Source: Candidatus Spongiisociaceae bacterium
GTDB taxonomy: Bacteria > Actinomycetota > Acidimicrobiia > Spongiisociales > Spongiisociaceae
DNA: 64,000 bases
Direction: 5' to 3'
Assembly (NCBI GenBank): GCA_965202665.1
Contig: OZ241841.1
Location: forward strand, 2,176,001-2,240,000
The notes beneath the pieces are model-generated. The model searched no databases and had not been told where the DNA came from. It saw nothing but the letters and a program-made list of their open reading frames with translations. A program made the translations under genes and the position numbers. Positions 41,376-53,600 of this stretch are shown one piece after another; the stretch's first letter is position 1; each line of letters opens with the position of its first letter.

Positions 41376-41464
41376 GGAGGGGTCGCATAGTCCGGTCTAG
41401 TGCGCGGCACTCGAAATGCCGTAGGGGTTTTCGCCCCTCGTGGGTTCGAATCCCACCCCCTCCG
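41376..41464 (+). tRNA. tRNA-Ser(CGA)
   Basis: Acceptor GGAGGGG/CCCCTCC, loop CTCGAAA, long variable arm, T-loop TTCGAAT. Confidence 0.95.
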
Positions 41465-41489
41465 CTTTTGTCGGTGGGTGGGTGGCGAT

Positions 41490-41517
41490 TTGACATATTG
41501 GGGGGGGGGGTTAGGGT
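41490..41517 (+). promoter_or_regulatory. Sigma70-type promoter with a G11 tract in the spacer
   Basis: TTGACA (41490-41495), 16-bp spacer TATT-G11-T, TAGGGT (41512-41517). Confidence 0.65.
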
Positions 41518-41606
41518 TTGGGGTGCTGGGCTTGTTGTGGGTTCGGCGGCCTGTTGCGGCGGCGGGTTTGGTATTGGTTCGCCGTTGGAGAGTTTGGAGG
41601 TTGGTG

Positions 41607-44600
41607 ATGGGGCGGATGTCGGGGTTGGGTTCGGCGGGTGGGGTGCGTGCGTTGGGGTTGGGTTTGGTTGTGGGTGGGGTGCGGCGTGTGTTGGGTTTGG
41701 GTTTGGCGGTGGTGTTGGTGGTGGGTTTGTTGCCGTTGGTTCCGGTGGGGGTGGTGGGGCAGGCGCAGAAGGCTACGGTGAGTATCACGTACCGGGATGG
41801 TGGTGCGGTTGTTGGTGTGAATGAGGGTGAGGAGGTGAGGTTGAAGTTGACTGTGGAGTTCGCTGGTGGGACGGCGCATAAGGGTGGTTCTATTTATGTT
41901 CAGACGGGTGGTACTGCTACTCGTCATACGGATTATGGGATGGGTAAGGATGATAATTGTTGTTCGACGGCTACTCAGTTTTTTGATAATTTTATTGATA
42001 ATGCTATTATTGATTGGAGTACTGGTTCTGGTACTGTGTCAACGAATTTTACTTTTCGGGCGGTGAATGATACGTTGTTTGAGTATTATGAGTCGTTTAA
42101 GTTGGCGGTGCAGACTTTTTCTACTGGGGGTTTTCAGTATAATGATGTGGGGTTTAGTATTCGGGATCGGGATCGTAGTTTGGGGGTGTCGTATTCTGTT
42201 AGTGAGGTGGGGGAGAGTGCGGCGGGGCAGTGGCGGTCGGGTACGGTGACATTGAGTAGGGGGGAGGTTTCGGGTGGGGTGTTTGTGCCTGCTACGGCGA
42301 ATTGGACTTCTTATGGTGTTACTCCTTTGCAGGTGAAGGTGGTGGATGGCACGGCGAAGAATGAGGTGTCGGGGGTGACGGATGAGAGGCGTGATTTTGT
42401 GTTTTCGCATTTTAATGATGCGGTGGTTGCGAATCGGCGGATTGTTAGTGTTGCTAAGGGGCAGGTGTCGGGTACGGTTGGTAATGTCGGGTTTCGGGTT
42501 TTGTCGGAGGTGGGGCCGCGGGTGGCGGAGCCGCCGGAGGTGTTTTATGTGACGGTGGATACTTCTCCGGTGTGGGGGGCGCCGGTGACGATTGTGGATG
42601 ATGATGTGACTATTGCGTTGTCGTCGTCGTCGTCGAATAGTTCTTTTGCGGGGTTCGCGGAGAGTGACATTCCGCAGCCGGTGACGGTGACGGCCCGGTT
42701 TTTGCATGCGGCTAGTTCGGTGATTCCTACGGATACGGTGGTGAATGTGAGCGTGAAGTCGTTTTCGGATAGTCCTGTGTTGACGGGTGGGGGGGCGGTG
42801 GTGTCGTCGGGGGCGTGTCCGCAGTCGAGTGGGGATGTGTGTTTGGATGTGGGGAATTCGTTTACGGTGACGATCCCGGCGGGGGAGTTGTCGGGGTCGA
42901 GGACGGTTTTGATGACGGCGCGGGATGAGGGCGGTACGGCGGAGGGGGTGGAGGGGGTGGGGTTTGATGGGTCGGCGTCGGTGGGGGGGGAGGCGGTGTT
43001 TGTGTATGGTCATGCTATCCGGCTGTATGATGCGGATGATCCGAAGGTGATTGGGTTGTCGTTGCATGAGGCGGCGACGGGGGAGGCGGGGTTGTCGTCG
43101 GTGGATGAGGGCGCGGCGAAGGCGGTGCGGGTGCGGGCTACTATGACTGGGTCGTGGCAGTCGGTGTGGGAGTCGCAGTATACGAGGGTGGTGTGGGTGA
43201 CGCCGGGTTCGGTGAGCGGTTCGGCGGTGTTGGGGTCGTGTACGGGTTCGGGTCAGAGCCGGGTGTGCACGGGGGACTTCGGACGGAACACGGGGGAGGT
43301 GACTGTCACTATGCAGCCTAAGCCGGCATCGCAGGCGACGGTGGGGGATGTGACGATCACCGCTTATGATGATACGGTGACGGAAGACGGGGAGTCGGTG
43401 GTGTTCTGGGGCCGGGCTAATTCGCAGTGGGTGGTCGCTCCGGCCATGTTGACTATTAACGATGCGGATCGGCATGTGGATTTGGGCGTGTCCCCCTCCA
43501 CGATAGCGGAGCCGGCGTCGGGTTCGGCTCGTAGTGATTTTCTGTTTACGGCGCGGTTTGGGCAGATGGTTGATAATGTGTTTGTTCCGTCGACGTCTAG
43601 TACTGTGGGCAGCGCTTTTAGTATTTCGGATTTTTCTTTTGTTAATGGGTCGGCGCGGGCTGAGGACGATAATGGGATTCCTCTGGATTTTTATCCGGTT
43701 GATACCGCTAATGTGTCTAGGGCTGTTTCCATAGTGGCGGGTTCGGTGTCGGGGACGCTGACATGGCCTTTCAATTCTTATGCTGATAATGAGGCGGAGG
43801 GGACGGAGGATTTCAGTTTCAGGGTTTGGTCGTCGACCGCGGGATACAGCGTGGGGGTGCCTAGAGTGAATATCACAGACCCGGATTCAGTGTTGAATCT
43901 GTCGATAGACGCCGATGGGGGAACAACCGGGGTGCAGCCGTTGCGGGAGGGAGAGTCGTCATCGGGGGCGATGGCGACGGCGGCGTTCCCGGCGGGTTCG
44001 TCCACGATCGGGTCGGCAACCTCGGTTGCTTTGTCTGCGGGGTTGGGGACGCCGGGGGCGGGGGTGGCGTCGGCGGCTGATTTTACTTATGCGCCGGCTT
44101 CTCCGCTTACGGTTTCGGTGGGCGCCAATAGCGTGTCGGGGTCGGCGGCGTTGGGGGGGTTGACGGTGGTGGATGATGGTGTGGTGGAGGGTCCGGAGAC
44201 GTTTGTTTTGTCGGGGGTGGTTACGGGGGCGGTGGGGGTGTCGGCGGCGGATAGTTCGGTGACGATTGTGGATGATGATGCGGATATTGATTTGACGGTG
44301 TCGGAGTCGTCGGTGCTGGAAGGAGCGGGGGAGCAAGCGATCACCGTGAAAGCCGCTTTTAGGGGGAGCAGTTCCGTTTTGGCTGCGGCGACTGATGTGG
44401 CGGTGACGTTGGCGTCGGCGGCGTCGGGTGGGGCGGTGTTGTCGTCGGCGGTGTGTCCGCAGACCAGCGGAGACGTGTGTTCCGACAAGACCAATAATCA
44501 GTTCACGGTGTCCATCCCAGCGGGCGCCACCAGCGGGTCGGCGACGTTGCGGCTGACCGCCCGGGACGACGGCAACGCGGAGGGGGGAGAGGGGCTGGTG

Positions 44601-47600
44601 TTGTCAGGGACGGCGTCGGTGGGCGGCGCGGCGGTGTCGGTTACGTCCGCGAATATTAGCGTGTTTGATCCGGGGCAGGCGATTGATTTGTCTTTGACCG
44701 ACACCGCGCAAACTCCTGTGGTGTTGACGGCGGTGGGGGAGGACGGGGGCGCGCGGGTGGTGCGGGTGACGGCTACTGCTCCGGCGGCGGTGTCGGCGGA
44801 GACGGTGGTGACGGTGAGGATGGGGCTGGGGGGTTCGGCGGTTTCGTCGTGTTCGGGTTCGGGGCAGAGCCGGGTTTGCACGGGGGATTTCGGGACGGTT
44901 GCGGATACGTCGACGATAACCATCCCGTCGGGGGGAACGACCGGGTCGGTGGACGTGACGGTCACCCCCTTTGAGGACACCATTGCGGAGGAGGATGAGA
45001 CGATTCGTGTTGGGGGTTCGGCGGGGGGGTATGCGGTGCGGGGGGCTGATTTGACGATCACCGACCAGGATCGGACGGTGGGGGTAGGCGTGGGGATGGG
45101 GGAGGCGGTGTATGGGGAGGGCGGGGATCCGCAGTCGGGCTGGGCCACCCGCAGCCAGTGTATGACTTCCGCTCCGTTTTCCAGGACGGTGACCGGCCGC
45201 CTAGGAGGGCTTTCGGCGGAGGGGGTGTTCACCGCGGCTACCTCCTCCACGCTGGGCAGTAACGTGCGGGGGCGGGTGCGGACGGTGGACGGCACCGCTA
45301 CCTACAATCAGGATTATTCGTCGGATGGGTTCGCGGTGGACACCATGCCTACCGCGTGGGAGTTTATTACCATCGCGGCTGGTTCCACGTCGGGGACGGC
45401 GACGGTGCAGTTGGTGAGTTGCGTGGATGACGTGGCGGAAGGGGATGAGACTTATCAGATGACTATTTCCAGCCTCCCGGCGGGGTTCGGGGCGCATCCG
45501 CAGGTGATGACCGTCACCGACGACGACAGCCGCCCCGGGCTGCGGGGAACCATATCCGAGGACGCGGGCGGAACAGTGGGGGTGGAGGCTTTCCTCCCGG
45601 CGGGGTCGTCGGAGTTGACCGACCCGCAGGTGGTGTCTTTAACATCGGTGACCGCCGACAGCGCGGGGACGGCTGATTTTTCTTATCCGTCGCCTGCGCC
45701 GGTGTTGTTGACCATCCCGGCTGGTTCCACTTCGGTCAGCGGCGCCATCCCGGGGTTGGCTATCACTGATGATGGGAGCGTGGAGGGGCCGGAGCGGTTG
45801 ACTTTGGGCGGGACGGACGCGTCGGGGGCTGCGGTGTCGGGTTCGTTGGCTATCGTCGATGACGACGCGGTGATAGATGTGCTGGTTTCCCCGGCGGAGG
45901 TGTTGGAGCAGGCCGCCGCTCAACAGATCGGGGTGACCGCCCGTTTCCGGGGAGAAACTTCCGCGTTGACCGCGGCGACGGCGGTGACGGTTACGTTGGC
46001 GGGGGCGCAGAACGGGGCTACGTTGGCGGCGGCGTGTCCGGCTACTTCTGAGGATGCTTGCACCGACCAGGCCAACAACCAGTTCACCATCAGCATCCCC
46101 GCCGGGAGCACCGAGGCGTCTGGGTCGTTTATGCTGACCGCCCGCAGCGACAACGCGGCGGACAACGACGAAGACCTGACCGTATCCGGCGCGGCCACCA
46201 TCGGAGGCGAAGCCGCGGTGGTGGAGGGGACGGAGCTGACCATATTCGACCCGGGCCGGTCCATCGCGTTGAGTTTCACCGACACGGCTTCCACGCCGGT
46301 TCCGTTGGTGGATGTGGGGGAGGATGGGGGGGCTAAAGTGATTCGGGTGGTGGCTTCTGCGCCGGTGGCGCCGACGTCGGCGGTGACGGTGGAGGTGGTG
46401 GTGGGAGCGGAGGGTACTACGGCCGGGGCGGGGGATTATTCGTCGAGTTCGGATAGGGTGTCGGTGACTATCGCCGCCAACGACACCAGCGGGACAGCGG
46501 ATGTGACTATCACCCCCGCGTCGGATACCATCACCGAAGACTTGGAGACTATCCGGTTCGCCGGTTCAGCCACTGGGTATGCGGTGGTGGCGAATGATTT
46601 GGTGATACAGGATCAGGATCGGGCGGTGAAGGTGATGGCGGCGGAGGGGGATCTGGTGGTGCGGGAGCCTAGGGAGGGGGAGGCGTTGACCAACCAGTAT
46701 AATGGCATTCTCAAGTTTTTCCGGGGTATGACGGCTGTTTTGGGCGGGGTGTCGGGCGGGGTGTTCACCCCCTCCACCTCTTCTACTTACAGTTCTAATT
46801 TGGGGATGCGGGTGCGGGTTGATGCGGGGACGGCCACCGTGGGCGGCCAGACTAGCACTACCGACGATATCTTCCATGAGCACGGCGAGGCGGACGACCC
46901 GCTGGAGGTGACTATAAACGCGGGGGCCCTTTCCGGTAATGTGAATATAGTGTACGCTCCCACCGCGGTTCCGGTGGTTGCTGTTTTGAAGGACACGGTG
47001 GCGGAACCGGATCAGATCTTTTACTTCCGCCCCGCCGTTCCCTCCGGTTGGACCGCGGTCAGGGAGACGATCACCATCCAAGACTCCAACCAGATAGCGA
47101 TAACCGTGGACACTGACAGCGCGACGGGAACCCAGACCACGCTGGCGGAAGGCGCTACCGGTTCCGGTGTGACCGTTTCCGCCGCTTACTACAACGCCAC
47201 CACCTCGGTAATCACCTCCGCCACCAACGTGACTCTGTCAGCCGCCGCGCCTACTCCGGCGGGTGCGGGGAAGGCCGTCGCCACTGATTTCACCTATTCT
47301 CCGGCTACGCCCAATGCGATTACTTTCCCCGCTAACAACGCCACTCCTTCAGCCACCGCCACGCTGGCCGGGTTGACGGTTACCGACGACGCGATAGTGG
47401 AGGGGCCGGAGACGATCACCGTCAGCGGTTCTTCCTCGTTAGGCGACGCCACCCCCGCTACTATTACCATCGTTGACGACGATGACGATATCACGTTGTC
47501 GGTGTTCCCCGCTTCGGTAGCGGAAGGCTCCGGAGCGCAGACCATTGCCGTCACCGCCGCTTTCGCGGGAACCACCTCCGCTTTGACTACCGCCACCGAC

Positions 47601-50600
47601 GTAACAGTCACCATCGCCTCCCCGTCCAGCAACGGCGCCACCCTGGCCGCCTGCCCCTCCTCCACCACTGATGTATGCGCTACCGGTTTGACCAGTAGCC
47701 AGCTGACGGTAACCATCCCCGCTGGGGAAACCAGTAGCACGGCTACTTTCCAGCTCACCGCCCGCGATGACACCACCGCCGACGATGATGAGAAACTGAC
47801 CGTCACCGGCTCCGCCACCGTCGGCGGCGCAACAGCGACCATCACCGGAACGGAAATGTCGGTACGCGATCCGGGGCGGGCGATCACCCTTAGTTTCACC
47901 GACACCGCCCAAACTCCCGCCGCGCTGACCGCGGTGGAAGAAGACGGCGGGGCGCAGACGGTGCGGGTGGTGGCCACCGTCGGGACGGCCCCCGCCGCGG
48001 ATACCGATGTAACGGTCACCGTAGGAGCCGCGGGCGGCACCGCCATTTTGGGAACGTTGGGGGATTACCTGCGTAGCACGGGGGAGGCGACGGTGACTAT
48101 CGCGGCGAATAATACCAGCGGAACCGCCGATGTGACTATCACTCCGGTAGTGGACAGGGTGACCGAAGATCACGAGACGATCCGCTTCGCGGGCGCCGCC
48201 ACCGGATACGCGATAGTACCAGCTGATTTGCAAATCACCGATCAAGATCGGGTTATCAAATTCACTTTGAATCCGGACACGCAAGATGAGTTGCCTTACA
48301 GACAAAATTCGATTAGTTTGTCCGCTGTCGCTGCTTTGGGAGGCACCTCCGGTGGCGTGTTCACTCCTTCCACGTCCTCTACCTACAGCGGAAGTATGAA
48401 TTTGTTGGGGTGGAGTCCTGAAGGTTATGGTCAGAATGCTCAGACTAGATCTGTTGCGACATATGTTATAGAGGACGGTGATCCCTTCTTTTTGCATTCG
48501 TATAGGAGATGGTTTTCTATTCCGTCTGGTTCTTTCGCCTCTTCGTCGCAAAGCATGGACCATAGCGTGGAGATAAACGATACGGCGGATCCGGATGAGG
48601 GGGTGAGACGGGTGGGAGCGAGACAGAATACGGTTCCGGCGGGGTTCGTTCAGGAACAAGCCTGGTTTAGGATACGGGACGTGGCGGATTCGCGGGTGGT
48701 GTTCGGGGTGGATACCGACGGTAACACTATGGGCAACCAGACTACGATTGAGGAGGGCGCTTCCGGGTCGGGGGTGGAGGTGTGGGCGGGATGGCCGCCG
48801 GGGGTTACCAATAACCGTCACGCGTCGCCGGTCACGGCCACTCTTACCATGGAGGAGGATACGGAACCGGGGGCGGGGGAGGCGGGGGACGCCGATTTTG
48901 ATTACGCTCCGCCGTCGCCGCTGTCGTTCACTATTCCCGTTAAGGTGGCGGAGGATCTTATGGCTACGCCTCCGGTGGTGGGTGTGTCTGGGTTGAGGAG
49001 TTCTTCGGGGACGTTGGCGGGTTTGTCGGTGGTTGATGATTCGATTGTGGAGGGCCCGGAGACGATAGCCTTTGGGGGGACTTCCAGTTTGGGCGCCGGG
49101 CATAGCGTTACGGGAGAGTTGACCATCGCCGACGACGACGCCGATATTACGTTGTCGGTGTTCCCGGCGGTGGTGGCGGAAGGGTCGGGGGCGCAGACGA
49201 TAACCGTCACCGCCCGCTTCGCGGGAACTACCTCGGTGTTGACAACGGCTACCAACGTGACGGTGACCATCGCGGCGGCGGCGTCGGATGGGGCGGTGGT
49301 GGACGCGGATGCGTGCCCGTCGGAGTCGGGGGATGATGTGTGTACTAATAAGGCGGGCAATCAGTTTACGGTTGCTATTCCGGCGGGTGAGTTGGAGGGC
49401 AGTGGCGTTTTCCAGTTGACCGCTCGGGAAGACTCCACCGCCGATGATGGGGAAGGGCTGATCGTTTCGGGGTCGGCCATGGTGGGGAGCGAGGCGGTGG
49501 AGGTGACGGGGGCGGCGATGACGGTTCATGATGCGGATAAGACGATCACGTTATCTTTTACCGATACCGCTCAGACCCCGACGGCGTTGACCGAGGTGGA
49601 GGAGGATGGGGGTGCGCAGACGGTGCGGGTGGTGGCTACCGCTCCGGCGGCGGTGGGCGCGTCGCCGGTGACGGTTTCGGTGACGGTGGGCGCGGCGGGC
49701 GGGGAGGCGGCGCTGAACGCTGATTACACCCGTAGTTCCGCTTCGGCGACGGTTACTATCCCCGCGCAGGGCACGAGCGGTTCGGCGGATGTGACTATAA
49801 CGCCCCGGTCGGATACGATTACCGAAAATCAGGAGACAATAGTTTTCACCGGTTCCGCTTCCGGGTACGGGGTGGTGGGGGCTGGTTTGGGAATCGCGGA
49901 TCAGGATCGGTACATTCGGATGTCCCCCACCGGCGGTGACCGGTTTAATGAGCCCCCTGTTGTGTTTGCTGGTCATTCGGTGGGCGCTAAGGCTGATTTG
50001 GGTGGTGTAACCGATGGGGTTTTCACCGCTTCGACGGCTTCCACGTACAGTGTTGCTTTGAACAATTTGCGGGTGACGATGCGGGGAGTGACCGCGACGG
50101 AGGGGATAGCCGGGTCGCCGGTAGGGCCGAGGGATTTCGTTTGGACCGGTAATGGAGGTGGTGTCGACTCGCGGTTTTTGTCTATCCCGGCTGGTTCTTT
50201 GTCTGCTACGGCGGTTCCTCATACTTTACAGTTGTTTCGTTATGCCAGGGAGGTGGAGCCGCTGGAAACGATAGAAGTGGTGGCTACTGAGCCGGCGGGT
50301 TTCACTGTCGTCCCGGGGATTATCAGCATTTTGGACACAATTCAGACTCAGCTTACCTTGCAGGTGGATACCGATCGGGTGGAGAGCGGGAATCAGAGCG
50401 TGTTAGCGGAGGGCGCTGCTGGTTCCAGTGTGGATGTGTCGGGAAGATACCGGGGTACGAGTAACAAGTTGGGGGAGGACACGGTGGTTACTTTGTCGAC
50501 GGCTGTGGAAACCCCCGGGGCGGGGAAGGCTACCGCGGCTGATTTCACTTATGCGCCGTCGTCGCCGAACTCTTTCACCATCCCGCAGGCGGCGGTCTCT

Positions 50601-53600
50601 TCGTCGGTTGCGGCGACGTTGGCTGGGTTGACGGTTGTGGATGATGCGATCGTGGAGGGTTCGGAAACGTTCCGGATTACCGCTGCTTCTTCGCAGACGT
50701 TGCGGATTACGGGTGCTTCTTCGTCGGGGGCGGTTGCGGCGGCGACGGTGACTATTTGGGATGATGATGCTGATATTGATTTGTCGGTGTCCCCGTCGGT
50801 GGTGGCGGAAGGCGTGGGGGCGCAGACGATAACGGTCACCGCCCGTTTCAAGGGTTCCAGCACTGTGTTGACGGAGGCGGTGGATGTGTTGGTGTCGGTG
50901 GCGGGCGCGTCGGGGGGCGCGGCGTTGGCGGCTGCGCCGTGTCCGCAGGCGTCGGGGGATGCTTGTACGGATAAGACGGGCAATCAGTTTACGGTTACTA
51001 TTCCGGCGGGTTCGTTGTCGGCTAACGGAACGTTCCAGTTGACCGCCCGTGATGATAACGTCGCCGAGGGGGCGGAGGCTTTGACTGTTAGCGGTTCGGC
51101 TATGGTGGGGGGTTTGGCGGTGGATGTGGAGTCGGCTGTGGTGAACGTGGTGGATCGGGGCATTGAGTTGTCGGTGAGTAGCGGTGGGTCGGCGTTGACC
51201 GGGTTGGGGGAGGACAGCGGTTCCACCACCGTGCGGGTAACCGCCACTTTGCCGGTCGCGTCGAGTACGCCGGTGGTGGTGGGGGTGAACGTGACGGGCG
51301 GGTCCGCCACTTTGGATGATGACAGTATGTTCGGGGCGGGGGAGGATTTTCGGGTTTCTTATCCGCAGGGTTCCCCGCCGGCGGGTTACGGGATGGGGAT
51401 TTCCATTCCCGCGGGGCGGGTCAGCGGTTGGGCGGATATTGTGGTGGCGGTGAACGACGACCGGGCGGCGGAGGGGGCGGCGGAGACGATATCCGTGGAT
51501 GGGGCGGTGGCGAGCGGGAGCGTGCTGGCGGTGGTGGACACCGCTTTTGATATCACCGACAACGACTCCGGTATAACTCTGAACGTAACCGCCGACGCGT
51601 TGGAAGAAGACGGCGACGGGAGAGCGGCCCGGGTGACCGCCTCTTTGGCGGGAACCACCTCCCAGATCGGGGTCGCCACCGTCGTAACGTTGTCGTTCAC
51701 GGCGGGGGCTGGTACGGAAGCGGCTGATTTCACCGCTCCCGGGGCCGGCAGTGAGATAACGGTGACCATCCCGGCTGGCTCGGTCAGCAGTTCCTCCACC
51801 GCTCTGACCGGTTTGGGTATAACCGATGACGCTATCGCCGAGGTGGGGGAAACCATCCAAGTGGGGGGAACCACCCCCGGTCTGTCGGTTACTCCCGCCT
51901 CGCTGACTATTCAAGACGACGACTCGGTGATAGTCCTAACCGCCAGCGCGGCGGCGGCGGAAGGCGGAACTGGGTCGGGGATTACCGTGTCGGCCGCTTT
52001 CCAAACCGGGACCACCTCCTCCGAAATCGCCACCGCCACCGCGGTGACGCTCACCGTGGGGGACGGGACCGCGGTCAGTCCCGCCGACTACCAAAACAGC
52101 GGAACATACACCGTGACCATACCCGCCCAAGCGACCGGCGCCGCCGCCGGAGTATCCCTGGCCGGCCTGACTGTAAAACATGATGACATAACCGAAGGGC
52201 GGGAGACGATCATTATCAGCGGAACCTCCACTTTGGGCGCCGCTGCTTCCGCGGTGTTGGCGATCGCCGACGCCGACACCGCCCTCACCCTGAGCGCTAC
52301 CCCCGATTTGCTGGTGGAAAGACCCAACCATTACATTGTGACCGTCACCGCCGCCTTCGACAACGTAGCCTCTTCCGCCCGTACTGCGGCTGTTCCGGTG
52401 ACGGTCACCCTCGCCGACGACACCGCCACCCACGGCACCAGCAACGACTGGTACACCAACCTGCCCGCCAACCGGCAGCTGACGGTGAACATCCCCGCCG
52501 GACGGACCAGCGGCGCATCCACCTTCCGCATCGTCGCCCGCGCCGACAGCACAGGGGAATCCACCGAACGGGTTTCCCTCACCGCTACCGCGCAGGTAGA
52601 CGGCTCTGCGGTGACCGCCACTTCCGCCCGGTTGGAAATCGTCGACCAAGGCGTGACTCTGGGCTGGGCCAGCAACACCGGAACCCCCCTGACCGCCATC
52701 GCGGAGGACAGCGGAACCACCACCCTGCGCATAACCGCCTCCATACCCGTGGTAGCCCCCGCCGGAGGCGCCGTCATAGGAGTGAACATCGCCAACGGCA
52801 CCGCCGCCCCCGCCGCCGCCTCCACCGGTTTCGGAACCGGGGAGGACTACCGCATCACCCTGCCCACCAGTCCCGCCCCGCCCGCCGGATACGACCTAGC
52901 CGTCGCTATCTCCGCCGGGGAAACCAGCGGCCACAGAACGGTAACGTTGCAGGTAAACGACGACAACACCGCCGAGGGGGCGTCGGAGGGGGCTGACCCG
53001 GAAACTGTCCACATCGAAGGCGGTACCCTGACGCTGGGCGGATCCACCCTGCCGGTGGTGGGGGCCAACCTGAACATCACCGACGACGACCAAGCCCCCG
53101 ATGAAATAACCATCACTCTGCAAACCCCCGGCGGGGCCGACCTCGCCCAAATATTCGAAACAACCGCCACCACTCCGGTGGTTGTAAAAGCCGCCTACCA
53201 GGGTACCAACACTCTGCCCCACTCGGTGATCGTCCCCCTGGGAGTAGCCAAAGTCGGCGACACTGCCATACCCGACACGGACTACCGGGACGTAACCTCG
53301 CCCCCTTCCATTACCATCCCCGCCTACCAATCGCATGGAATGGCCCGTTTCGATCTAGAAGCCATCGACGACGATGATCCTGAAAGCCCCGAAACGATCA
53401 CCGTACGAGGCGACCCCGCCGACACCCTGACCGCCTTCACCGTCGGTGAAGACACCCTAACCCTCGTCGACGACGAAAGCGCCGTAACCCTCTCCCTGGA
53501 TGTCACCCAAGCCCCCGAAGGAACCCGCCAAAATGTTACCGTGAAAGCCGCCTTCTCGGCCGGCGTCACCCAAACCGCTCAGAAAACCATCCGAGTAACC

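Noticed and set aside
41400-41606. ORF-track start of the giant protein at 41400
   Set aside because: It overlaps tRNA-Ser and the putative promoter; ATG 41607 has a GGAGG RBS and precedes a signal-like segment.
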